A stretch of 64,000 nucleotides of DNA, taken from an uncultured Planctomycetaceae bacterium. Lineage in GTDB: Bacteria; Planctomycetota; Planctomycetia; Isosphaerales; Isosphaeraceae. Position 1 is the stretch's first letter. Every line of letters starts with the position of its first letter. The position numbers and the translations under genes are program-made. The stretch lies in assembly GCA_963833985.1 (NCBI GenBank), contig CAWIAD010000001.1:3264001-3328000 (forward strand), read 5' to 3'. A model generated the notes under the pieces. That model saw only the letters and a program-made list of their open reading frames with translations, did no database searches and was not told the origin of the DNA. Positions 52,862 to 62,541 of the stretch are shown here, piece after piece.

Positions 52862-53172
52862 GGCGGTTGACTCCCTATTCGCGAAGGCTGGCTCACCCCG
52901 GGCCATCCTGGCACCGGGTCCAGTCAGCTTCCGGCTCGTTCCAAGGCAATTCTCCAGCCGCGCATCCGCCGCAGCCAGCGCGTCGAAGGCCGCGACAAGC
53001 GTGTCGATCGGTTGCGCCGGTTGGAAAGTATCATCAGGCGCGGAGGCTGGTAAAGCCCCCGCGAGCCGCGGTCTGCTCCGAGGTGGGCCGCAAGGTACAC
53101 GGGTTCCTTTGCCCGGGCAAGAGCATTCGCCGGAATTCCCTGCGCCGCTGCCCGCGTTTCCGGCCGGCAGCC

Positions 53173-54951
53173 TCAGGGCGAGCTCAGGTCCCGCGCCGCC
53201 ATCACCGGGGGCTGAGCCCTGGACGGACCCGCAATCGAGCCGGGCACGGACGGCACGGTCGTCCGGACGGCCCGGACTGATGTGGCGTTCAGCTCACGCG
53301 CACTGACCACGGAGTTGACCATCTGGTCGACCGAGGGGCTCACCCAGCTCAGCACCAGCGTGTTCGGCAACACTCCCATCGCGACGGTGAGGACGACCAG
53401 CGGCACGGCAATGGCGATTTCGCGCAGGTCCATGTCGGGCAGGCCTTTCCAGGTCTCACTCCGGCCCAGGAAGACGCGCTGGAGGGTCCAGAGGATGTAG
53501 CCGGCCGTGAGCACGACCGCGGTCGCCGCCAGGACGGCCAGCAGGATGCTGTAGTTGAAGGCGGAGAGCACCACGAACACCTCGGCGACGAAGCCGCAGA
53601 GCCCCGGCAAGCCCATGGAGCCGAAGAAGATGACGTACGAGATCGCCCCGTACAGAGGCATGATGTTGTTCAGGCCGCCGAGCTTGTTCAGGTCGCGGGT
53701 GTGAGCCCGGTCGTAGATCACGCCGACCAGGAAAAACATCCCCGCGCTGGTGATCCCGTGCGCCAGCATCATGAACATCGCACCGTTGACGCCGTAGGCG
53801 TAATACTGGGAGTTCGCCCCCAAGTTCATCGCTGCCATGCCCAGCGTGACATAGCCCATGTGGCTCACCGAGCTGTAAGCGACCAGCTTCTTGAAGTCGG
53901 TCTGGGCCATCGCCACCAGGGCCCCGTAGAGGATGCTGAAGACTCCAAGCGCCGCCACGAAGTACGCCCAGTCGTGCGCGCCCGCCGGCGCCAGCGGCCA
54001 GGCCAGGCGGATCAGGCCGTAGCCGCCGATCTTCAGCAGTACGCCGGCCAGGATCATGCTGATGGGAGTGGGCGCCTGCACGTGAGCATCGGGAAGCCAG
54101 GTGTGGAACGGGAACGAGGGGAGCTTGATGATGAAACCGATCAGGAACAGCACGAAGACCCACGACTGGATGCTGCGCCCGTAGTAGCTGGACATGCTGG
54201 CAACGCCCGTGAGCTCGACGATGTCAAACGAGTGGGCGGTGAATGGCTGGAGCTGGCCCGTGGAATTGTAGACGCTCTGGGCCGACTGCACGTCGCCGGG
54301 CCAGAAGTAGAGGATGAGCACGGCCACAAGGATGAATACCGAACCGAACAGCGTGTAGAGCAAGAACTTGATGGCCGCGTACTCGCGGTTCTCGCCGCCC
54401 CAGATGCCGATCAGGAAATACATCGGCAGCAGCATCACCTCGAAGAAGACGTAGAACAGGAACAGGTCCAGGGCGATGAAAACGCCCATCATGCTCGCCG
54501 TCAGCAGCAGGTACAGGGCGTAATAGCCCTTCACCTGTTTGGTGATGTTCCACGAGGCCAGGCAGGCCAGCACGCTCACCAGGCCGGTCAGGACGACCAG
54601 GCTCAGGCTGATGCCGTCCAGTCCAAGGAAGTACTGGATATTGAAGTAAGGAATCCAGGATCGGCGGATCACCAGGTCGTTCTGCCCGGCCGATTCATCG
54701 GAGATCGACAGCGCCCCGGTACCGTCCCGCAGCAGCAGGTTGTGCATCGCCCGTTCCTGGAGCGGCGTGCTCGATGGCCCTTCCTGCACATAGAGCCCCA
54801 GCGCGATCAGTGACACCACGAAGGTGAGCACCGTGGCGGCCAGTGCGACATATTTGATCGCACCCTCCGAGCGCCGGGGAATGATCAGAACGGCGACCAT
54901 TCCGATCACGGGAATCAGCCACAGGGAGCTCAGCAGCAGGTAGTCGCTCAT
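53173..54951 (-). CDS. nuoM: NADH-quinone oxidoreductase subunit M
   Basis: GLDGISL, FFEVMLLPMYFLIGIWG, PFHTWLPDAH, LLKIGGYG, AYSSVSHMG. Confidence 0.95.
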   Translation of the reverse strand: MSDYLLLSSLWLIPVIGMVAVLIIPRRSEGAIKYVALAATVLTFVVSLIALGLYVQEGPSSTPLQERAMHNLLLRDGTGALSISDESAGQNDLVIRRSWIPYFNIQYFLGLDGISLSLVVLTGLVSVLACLASWNITKQVKGYYALYLLLTASMMGVFIALDLFLFYVFFEVMLLPMYFLIGIWGGENREYAAIKFLLYTLFGSVFILVAVLILYFWPGDVQSAQSVYNSTGQLQPFTAHSFDIVELTGVASMSSYYGRSIQSWVFVLFLIGFIIKLPSFPFHTWLPDAHVQAPTPISMILAGVLLKIGGYGLIRLAWPLAPAGAHDWAYFVAALGVFSILYGALVAMAQTDFKKLVAYSSVSHMGYVTLGMAAMNLGANSQYYAYGVNGAMFMMLAHGITSAGMFFLVGVIYDRAHTRDLNKLGGLNNIMPLYGAISYVIFFGSMGLPGLCGFVAEVFVVLSAFNYSILLAVLAATAVVLTAGYILWTLQRVFLGRSETWKGLPDMDLREIAIAVPLVVLTVAMGVLPNTLVLSWVSPSVDQMVNSVVSARELNATSVRAVRTTVPSVPGSIAGPSRAQPPVMAARDLSSP

Positions 54952-55038
54952 GTCGCGGTCACCAGTTTCGTGATCAGGGTTCGCGAGCTGGCCAGGACCG
55001 GCTCGCCGCTTCGGTTATGATCGATTCGGAACGGAGAA

Positions 55039-57384
55039 CTAACCGGAAATCCATACGAAGACGCCGGCGAACAGGCCCACCATCATGACGGCCAGGAACA
55101 TCAGGTAGTTGCGCAGCTTGCCGGTCTGGATGGCGCGGCTGCGGTCGCCAGCCACGTAGACCATCTGCCCGACCAGGTTCACCAGGCCGTCCACACCCAG
55201 CCGGTCGAAGACCCCGTCGAGGTGGCTGAGGCGCTCGGTAAGGTACGCCATCGAGTTCACCAGGCCGTCGACCAGGATCCGGTCCACGTCGGCACACAAT
55301 CGGGCCAAGGCCAGGCAGGGCCGGACGAACAGGGCCCAGTAAATTTCATCGAAGTACCATTTGTTCTTGAAGAGCTGGTAGAGCCCCGAGAACTGATGGG
55401 CTGCCCGCGCCGGGCTGAGGCGCGTGGACACGAAGTAAGGCAGGTTCGCCGGGGCGTAGTACAGGGCTGCCAGGCCAATTCCCAGGGCCGCGATCACCAG
55501 CGAACAGCCCAGGGCGTACCAGTGCGCCCAGTGGGATTCGATCACCGTGGTGGGCTCGCCATACTCGATCATCTTCTCGAGCACGGGCGTGCCCAGGGGC
55601 AGGCCGATGTACACGGTCCAGCCAACGAAGATGCTACAGAAGGCCAGGATCAGGAGCGGCCAGGTCATGACCGGCTCGCTCTCGTGGGCGTGAGCGGCCG
55701 GGTTCGGGTCGTGATGGCCCGGCCCGTGGCCGTGAGCCACCTCTTGCTGGACGAGCGTGTGCTCCTCGTCATGAACGTGGGCCGATGCGACGGTGGCGAC
55801 GCTGGGGAACCCGCGCGGCTCGCCGGCGAAGGTGAGGAACCACATCCGGAACATGTACAGCGCGGTGAGCACGGCACCCACGGCCGGCAGCACGAAGAGC
55901 AGGACCTGCCGGGGATCTTCCGCCACCCGCGCGATGGCCGCGGCAAGGATCGCGTCCTTCGAGTAGAACCCGCTGAAGAACGGCACCCCCGAGATCGCCA
56001 GCGTGCCCACCAGCATCGTGTACGCCGTGATCGGCATCTTCCTCTGAAGCCCGCCCAGCGCGGGCATCTCGTAGGTGTGCACGCTGTGGTAGACGCTGCC
56101 GGCGCCCAGGAAGAGGAGCGCCTTGAAGAAGGCATGCGTGAGTAAATGGAAGAGCCCTGCCGCACGGCCGCCTACGCCAAGGCCCAGCATCATGAACCCG
56201 AGCTGGCTGACCGTCGAGTAGGCCAGCACCTTCTTGTAGTCGGTCTGCACCATGGCGATTGTTGCCGCGATGAAGAGCGTGATCCCTCCTGTGTAGGCGA
56301 TGTACAGCAGGACCGGCGGCGTGAACACGGGGAAAAACCGGCCCACCAGGTAGACCCCCGCGGCCACCATCGTGGCGGCGTGGATCAGCGCGGAGACGGG
56401 CGTCGGCCCCGCCATCGCGTCGGGCAGCCACACGTGAAGCGGGAACTGTGCGCTCTTGCCCACGCAGCCCGCAAACACGCCAAGGCCGGCCACGGTGAGC
56501 ACCCAGTAAGGAATCCGTAGGGGCTGGGCATGCGGTTCGGCGGCAATCTGGGCGGGGTGGAACTCAACCACCTCTTGCCCGGACGCATCGACGGCGACGT
56601 TCAGCTCCCCGGTCGGACCGCGCAGGCCTTCGCTGATCTCGTGAAAACTGAACGTCCCCAGGCTGGTCCACAACAGTCCCAGACCCACCAGCATGCCAAC
56701 GTCGCCGATGCGGTTGACGATGAACGCCTTGTTGGCCGCATCGCTGTTGTTCTTCTCCTCGTACCAGAAACCGATCAGGAGATACGAGCAGACTCCCACC
56801 AGCTCCCAGAAGATAAAGATCATGAAGACGTTCGACGACGCCACCAGCCCCAGCATGGAAAAGCAAAAGAGTGACAGGTACGCGAAGAACCTGGGGTACC
56901 GCGCGTCGTCGTGCATGTAGCCCATCGAGTAGATATGGATCAGCGTGGCGATGAACGACACCATCAGGAACATGAGGACCGAAAGGTTGTCGATGTACAC
57001 GCCCAGCGGGAAGGTCAGCGCCTTGCCGGCCAGCGAATCGCCGCCGGGGTTGGCCAGCGGCTTGCCACCCAGCAGCACCCAGTCGAAGCTGGCCTGCCAG
57101 ACCAGGGGCTCGTGCGCCTCGCGGTGGGCCAGAGCCTCGCCCGTCTTCTCGCCCAGAACGCCTGGCTCGGCTTCGGCGGCCGCGTGATGCTCGGTCCAGA
57201 CCCCCTCGGCGGTGAGGTAATAACCGACGAAGCCAGCCAGGCTGAGCAGGAACGACAGCCCGATCGCCCCCGTGGCGAGGTAGGCGCAAAGCCTTTTCAA
57301 CTGGCGGATGAAGAGCACCTCGATGATGAACGCGGCCAGCGGAATCAAGACGGCTGCCGTGTAGAGAGGAACCTGCCACTTCAT
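55039..57384 (-). CDS. nuoL: NADH-quinone oxidoreductase subunit L
   Basis: IHIYSMGYM, WELVGVCSYLLIGFW, GKSAQFPLHVWLPDAM, THAFFKALLFL, QTGKLRNY. Confidence 0.95.
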   Translation of the reverse strand: MKWQVPLYTAAVLIPLAAFIIEVLFIRQLKRLCAYLATGAIGLSFLLSLAGFVGYYLTAEGVWTEHHAAAEAEPGVLGEKTGEALAHREAHEPLVWQASFDWVLLGGKPLANPGGDSLAGKALTFPLGVYIDNLSVLMFLMVSFIATLIHIYSMGYMHDDARYPRFFAYLSLFCFSMLGLVASSNVFMIFIFWELVGVCSYLLIGFWYEEKNNSDAANKAFIVNRIGDVGMLVGLGLLWTSLGTFSFHEISEGLRGPTGELNVAVDASGQEVVEFHPAQIAAEPHAQPLRIPYWVLTVAGLGVFAGCVGKSAQFPLHVWLPDAMAGPTPVSALIHAATMVAAGVYLVGRFFPVFTPPVLLYIAYTGGITLFIAATIAMVQTDYKKVLAYSTVSQLGFMMLGLGVGGRAAGLFHLLTHAFFKALLFLGAGSVYHSVHTYEMPALGGLQRKMPITAYTMLVGTLAISGVPFFSGFYSKDAILAAAIARVAEDPRQVLLFVLPAVGAVLTALYMFRMWFLTFAGEPRGFPSVATVASAHVHDEEHTLVQQEVAHGHGPGHHDPNPAAHAHESEPVMTWPLLILAFCSIFVGWTVYIGLPLGTPVLEKMIEYGEPTTVIESHWAHWYALGCSLVIAALGIGLAALYYAPANLPYFVSTRLSPARAAHQFSGLYQLFKNKWYFDEIYWALFVRPCLALARLCADVDRILVDGLVNSMAYLTERLSHLDGVFDRLGVDGLVNLVGQMVYVAGDRSRAIQTGKLRNYLMFLAVMMVGLFAGVFVWISG

Positions 57385-57529
57385 GAAGTTCTGTTCCTTG
57401 GCGGTTTTCGTATCGGCTTGCGCCGGGTCTACCCGGGAGCCGAGTCCATCAGGCTCGATGCGCCTGATCGCCCCCGTTGTCTGGCCAGCCCCGGGCAACC
57501 CGCGACGGAAGCCTGGGTATTGCGCGCGA

Positions 57530-57564
57530 TTGTGAAATATGTCACAGCCCCGCGCTCATTGCAA
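57530..57564 (-). promoter_or_regulatory. Rex/CRP-like palindromic site overlapping the putative nuoL promoter
   Basis: TGTGA-N6-TCACA at 57531..57546; on the minus strand TTGCAA-N17-CATATT. Confidence 0.6.
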
Positions 57565-57790
57565 GACCCTGGAGGGACGGCGAACCGGCTCCGGTCGACG
57601 CCCGGTCCCGCGAGGATCGCGGCAGGCCGTGGCGCACCGCCCTGCGCTCCGCCGCAACCCGGCGCGCTCGTCCAACCCCTCCGCGCCGTTCAATGAGCAG
57701 GGAGAGGAGGCTTCCGGCCGGTCCGTGCTTACACGGGCCTGCCGTTGCCTCCTCTTCCTTCACGGCGGATCGGGTGCAGGGGGACGGCAC

Positions 57791-58441
57791 TCAGCGGTAG
57801 ATGAAGGTGCCGCTCGCCACCGAAGTCTGGACGTAGCCCGCCAGGTCGGCCTTGAGCTGCTGCACCATCTGAACGCCCGAGCCGGGCACCGTCGGGTCGT
57901 AGATGCTCGTATCGGCCTGCCACGTGGGCAGGAGGTCGCTGTGGCCGTAGGGGATCTGCGCGGAGATCTGCGACAGCTTGGCGAGGAACTGGTTCTCGTT
58001 GTGGGTCTTCGCGAAGGTGCCGGCCGCACGGTCAAGCTGGTGCAACACGTTACCCAGCGTCCGGTGTGAGAGGACCGGAAGCGCCGGGCTGGCCGGCGGA
58101 ACCACCGACGTGTTGTATGACTGGACATAGCTGCCCAGGTCGGCCTTGAGCTGCTGCACCATCTGGACGCCCGAGCCGGGCACCGTCGGGTCGTACAGCG
58201 TCGCGTCGCTTTGCCACGTCGGCAGCAGATTCATGCGTCCGTAGGGGATCTCGGCGGAGATCTGCGACAGCTTGGCAAGGAACTGGTTCTCGTTGTGGGT
58301 CTTGGCGAATGTGCCGGCCGCCCTGTCGAGCTGGTGCACCATGTTGCCCACGGTGTGCTGAGAGATCACTCCGAACCCCGAGAGCAGGGCTTTGCCTTCG
58401 AGTGACTCGACCCGCAGCGCGTAGTTTCGTCGGGTTCTCAT
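57791..58441 (-). CDS. 216-aa hypothetical protein with planctomycete LE.R.LL-type N-terminal motif and two tandem copies of a domain
   Basis: AAGGA RBS, LRVESLEGKALLS, two near-identical units HQLDRAAGTFAKTHNENQFLAKLSQISA...QQLKADL. Confidence 0.8.
   Translation of the reverse strand: MRTRRNYALRVESLEGKALLSGFGVISQHTVGNMVHQLDRAAGTFAKTHNENQFLAKLSQISAEIPYGRMNLLPTWQSDATLYDPTVPGSGVQMVQQLKADLGSYVQSYNTSVVPPASPALPVLSHRTLGNVLHQLDRAAGTFAKTHNENQFLAKLSQISAQIPYGHSDLLPTWQADTSIYDPTVPGSGVQMVQQLKADLAGYVQTSVASGTFIYR
57830..58360. repeat. Intragenic direct repeat with 294-bp period
   Basis: CCAGGTCGGCCTTGAGCTGCTGCACCATCTG occurs at 57841 and 58135, and similarity extends about 230 bp. Confidence 0.9.
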
Positions 58442-59065
58442 CGGATGCGGTCCTTTCTTCAGGATGTGGTCGCCAGTGATGGAGGGGCAGGTGGTGGCCG
58501 ACGCGCCGCTGCGAGGCGAGATCTCACGATGTGCGTGGCGCCTGGCCGTCTTGAATCCCGGAGAGCCCATCGCCCTCCGCATGCCCTCCACCAATGGCTC
58601 CGCGAATCCGCCTGAGGCATGCAACGCCCCTTGGAGGTTTTTTTCCGTTTGGAGGCACGGTCTACCCGAGCGAACCGTCCGGAAGCGGGTCGCCTTGCAC
58701 GAGCCGAGGGTAAGAAACCTGCAAGCATGGGAATCCCGCACGGCCTTGCGAACTTTGGAATCAACCGGAGAGGGGCGATCACGGCTCCCGGTCAGACGCG
58801 CACGGTTCAGCCGTCGGGTCGAGCCGTTCACGAAAAACCTGCTGCGTCGCAGTGCGCGGCTGCGATGCTGCTGTGGCCGGTATACGCAGGACCACGCATC
58901 GAGTAGACTGATCGCCGCAGGTCCGGGCAGATGCGCGGGTCCCCGAGCCGTTGGATGGTCATGACCGAGCCGCTCGCGGTTGGCGACTGATTCGAGGTGA
59001 AAGAAGAGGTCGGCCTCGCGGCCTGTGGTGAGATGCCGGTGCCGGAGATCGAGCAGTGGGGGCAA

Positions 59066-60177
59066 GTGAGTACCACGCTCGACCAGGGAGGAACGGCCGA
59101 GCCCGCGTCGCAGCGTAAAATTATTCATATCGACATGGACGCGTTCTATGCGTCCGTCGAGCAGCGGGACAATCCAGAGCTGCTCGGCAAGCCCGTCGCG
59201 GTTGGCGGCGCACGCGAGCGCGGCGTTGTGGCGGCAGCCAGCTACGAGGCTCGCCGATTCGGCGTCAAGTCCGCCATGCCCTCGGTGACCGCCAGAAGAA
59301 AGTGCCCGGAGCTGATCTTCGTGAAACCGCGGTTCGAGGTCTATCGAGAGGTGTCGCAACAGATCCGCGAAGTCTTTGCCGCGTACACCGTCCTCGTCGA
59401 GCCGCTGTCCCTCGACGAGGCATATCTCGATGTCACACGGAACCTCAAGAACATGTCGTCGGCCACCGAGATCGCCAAGGAAATCCGGGCGCGGATCCGC
59501 TCCGAGACCGGGCTCACGGCGTCCGCGGGCGTCTCATACAACAAGTTCCTCGCCAAGATCGGGTCCGACGAGCGCAAGCCCGATGGGCTCTTCGTGATCA
59601 CGCCGAGGATGGGCCCGGCCTTCATCGAGCACCTCCCGGTCGGCAGGTTTCACGGGATTGGTCCGGTCACGGCGCCAGGATGGAGCAGCTTGGGATTCAC
59701 AACGGCGGCGACCTCCAGGCCCGGACCCTGTCTTTTCTGGAGCAGCATTTCGGCAAGGCGGGCCCGTACTATCATGCGCTGGCGCGGGGCATCGACGAAC
59801 GACAGGTCTGCGCGGATCGCGTTCGCAAATCCATCGGCGCTGAAACGACCTTCAATTCAGATCTCTTTACTCTCGATGAGGCTCGCGTGGCTCTGGGACC
59901 GCTCATCGCAAAGGTCTGGTCATACTCGGAAGACTCGAGTATCCGGGCGCGTACGGTGACGCTCAAGGCCAAGTACGCAGACTTCCAGCAGGTCACTCGC
60001 AGCCGCACGTGCCAGTCGCCGTTCGGCGCTCAAGCAGAAATCGAGGCCGTCGTCTACGAGCTGATTGACTTGCTCTTTCCTGTCCGCAAGGGCGTCCGTC
60101 TTCTCGGTGTGACGCTGTCGTCGCTGGGGGACGAGACCCGACCTGAGCGTCAACTTCGCCTGGCGTTTCCAGACTGA
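59066..60177 (+). CDS. dinB: DNA polymerase IV; frameshifted near 59671-59675
   Basis: RKIIHIDMDAFYASVE, AASYEAR, SLDEAYLD, NKFLAK, then RKSIGAETTF and VRLLGV in the second frame. Confidence 0.95.
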
Positions 60178-60269
60178 ACCGGCGAGACATGGGGACGGGC
60201 GGGTGAGCGAACGTGAATAAAACGACTTCCGTCCGCCGATCTCCACACCGCCTGAACCTGTGGTTCACC

Positions 60270-60309
60270 TCAGTGTGAACGCGATCCAGTCAGTGTGAAC
60301 GCGATCCAG
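60270..60309. repeat. Perfect 20-bp tandem duplication
   Basis: TCAGTGTGAACGCGATCCAG at 60270..60289 and 60290..60309. Confidence 0.95.
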
Positions 60310-61628
60310 CAGGTGGTCCACCGATCCGCTTCCGCGCCGGTGGCGTATTCCTGATACGTCCAGATTCTGGTCGGGTCGGAGGGGTCGAGACAGGTGGCGT
60401 TGTAGTTTCCCCATTGAATTCCGTACCGGCCTTCACGGCTGGATCTGAAGACTGTCGTTCCTGGCGCGGCGAGGATCGGTGGGCGCATCGTGTTTCTGGG
60501 ATCGCCGGCCGCGTGCATCATGACAACGGCCGAGGGGAATTCCTGCTCCGATGATCTTGTGCAGCCGAGACCCACGTTGCCGTTCGCGTCGACCGCCAGC
60601 GTGGGGATCAGGTAGTCGCATGCCGGGTCGTCGATGAAGCCTTCCTGTAACAGCGCGCCATCGCTGCCTCGGACTTCGCACCAGAAGATGCCCGGGCGCG
60701 AGTCGATCGCGCGCTTCGCCCCGTTGCACGTGAAGAAACCCCCCTTGTGCGCGTAGACGCACGTGGTGCGCCGGGCTTCGTCGGCACGAAGCCTGCGCCC
60801 CGGAGCGGGCTGGCTGGCCTGGTTCTTCAGTGATGCTCCATTGGGGCTCTCATACGTCTTGCTCAGCGGAACCGCCTGCAATTTCGAGATGCTCGCGGCA
60901 TTCCCCGCCCAGGTGATCTTGTACAGATAGAGCCTGGAAAAATGATTGCCGAACTCGCGGTTGAGCAGGATCTCAGGCGCATCGGCCGGCTTGTCCGGGT
61001 CAAGGTCAGTCGCCGGAAAGCAGTCGATTTCCAGATTGGCGAAAGTTCGCAGATGTTCGAGGCTCGGCCCGTCAGCGGCCAAGGCGTCCGCCTTCGGTAT
61101 TGCATGAACGCTCATCATTGTGTGGATATTACCGGTCAAAACAACATAAGCGATGTAGAGCCCGTTCTTGTCCACTCCCATCTTCATGCCCGGATCGGTC
61201 GGGGCCATGGGGAGCACGATCCCCCTCCAGCCCCTGGTGGGGTCCGACGTTTGCGACACGGCGAGGTATCCCACGGAGTCTTTCTTCAGCTCGGCGACGA
61301 CACCGAACCAGCGTCCGGAGAGCGGGTCATACAGCAGGCGCGGGTCGTTCAGCCCGGGCAAATTGAATCTCGGATTGGCGGCCTTCCAGAACTCCGTCTG
61401 GGTCATCTGCCGCACCACCTTGCCGGTTCTCTTGTCGTGGACCACCACGCAGGCATTCGTGAGGTCGACCACGTGATCTGGACCCACGGCGCCCACGTTG
61501 TCGGGGCAGTCCTTTGGCCCTGGCCCGGATGCCCCGGGAAACGTGGTGAGAATCTTCACTTCTCCTGCGTCCGTCGTGGCCGATACGAGAAGCGAAACGA
61601 GCAAGGCGATCCTCGACACTGTCGTCAT
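60270..61628 (-). CDS. Secreted hypothetical protein
   Basis: Signal peptide; GAVGPDHVV, DPRLLYD...RWF, WGNY...DPSD...WTYQEY. Confidence 0.8.
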   Translation of the reverse strand: MTTVSRIALLVSLLVSATTDAGEVKILTTFPGASGPGPKDCPDNVGAVGPDHVVDLTNACVVVHDKRTGKVVRQMTQTEFWKAANPRFNLPGLNDPRLLYDPLSGRWFGVVAELKKDSVGYLAVSQTSDPTRGWRGIVLPMAPTDPGMKMGVDKNGLYIAYVVLTGNIHTMMSVHAIPKADALAADGPSLEHLRTFANLEIDCFPATDLDPDKPADAPEILLNREFGNHFSRLYLYKITWAGNAASISKLQAVPLSKTYESPNGASLKNQASQPAPGRRLRADEARRTTCVYAHKGGFFTCNGAKRAIDSRPGIFWCEVRGSDGALLQEGFIDDPACDYLIPTLAVDANGNVGLGCTRSSEQEFPSAVVMMHAAGDPRNTMRPPILAAPGTTVFRSSREGRYGIQWGNYNATCLDPSDPTRIWTYQEYATGAEADRWTTCWIAFTLTGSRSH

Positions 61629-62052
61629 GTCGACTTCACTCCGCAATTGAAGAGGTCGCAGCGCATCCTTGGGATTGCCCGGTCCGTCCGCCCTGTCATA
61701 TCACTTCCCGATCAGCCTGCTTCCGCGTTGCGGCAAAGTCAAGGGTTGCGACCAGTCCCGACCTGGACCGAGATCGATGTCACGTGCTTCAATCCCATCG
61801 GCGGGCTGTCGGACACTCGACCCTTGCCAGGAGCCCGAAGAGATCTCCGGGAGCCCGGTTACCGGTTCCGGCGCATGGCCGTTTTCGAGTCAGTCAACTG
61901 TTTATTTGCACGCGCCGGGGCCGTTTGTGGAGAGACCTGTTGGCATTCGGGAGCGCCCGGGGCGGGTGAGCCGCCGGTACGCACTTGCTCCGGAACAGTC
62001 GGCCCAAAGGGGGTGTTCCGCTTGCATATCATCGGGATCGCGCTTTTTTCGT

Positions 62053-62081
62053 TTGCAAAGTGGATAGGGCTGTCTTAATCT
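62053..62081 (+). promoter_or_regulatory. Possible sigma70 promoter of the borosin locus
   Basis: T-rich tract, then TTGCAA-N17-TAATCT about 65 nt before the precursor ATG. Confidence 0.35.
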
Positions 62082-62145
62082 GTGACCTTCAACTCCCGAT
62101 CGCTCAATCGACCGGGCATCACTTCGATCGACCAAGGAGAAGACA

Positions 62146-62406
62146 ATGGCGACCTCTCTGCAACGGTTGCTGGTGCGGCTGGCAGTGGATGCGGAGCTGT
62201 ACGCGGAGTACCTCGAAGATCGCACCGCCGTCATGGGCCGGTTCGACCTGGACCCGGAGGAAATTGCCGCGATTGAGAGCCGCGACGTTGGGAAGATCGT
62301 CGCGCGGCTCTCTCCCGAAATGGCAGCGGGCATCCGGGGCACCGGTCAAGTGGTGGTCTCGCATAAGGCACTGATCCCTTCGATGGTGGAATTCGCCGGC
62401 GATTGA
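62146..62406 (+). CDS. Split-borosin RiPP precursor peptide (helical borosin-binding/LigA-like leader plus C-terminal core)
   Basis: AAGGAG RBS; LQRLLVRLAVDAELYAEYLEDRTAVMGRFDLDPEEIAAIESRD leader pattern; tail GTGQVVVSHKALIPSMVEFAGD; adjacent to the methyltransferase. Confidence 0.85.
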   Translation: MATSLQRLLVRLAVDAELYAEYLEDRTAVMGRFDLDPEEIAAIESRDVGKIVARLSPEMAAGIRGTGQVVVSHKALIPSMVEFAGD

Positions 62407-62541
62407 TACAGCCGGCTGCTTGCCAGGTTTCGTTTTTCGGGGCGCCGTCAGCATCGTTGGCAACCAGACCGGGCTCAACTTGCATTGGCCGTCCTGCGGA
62501 AGACTCGCCCAGCCCGAGCAGAGCAGAGGGTCACGATTGCC

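Noticed and set aside
58442..59359. N-terminal 306 aa of the 522-aa ORF 57791..59359
   Set aside because: Overlaps dinB antisense and is Arg-rich without motifs; the real start is ATG 58441 with an RBS.
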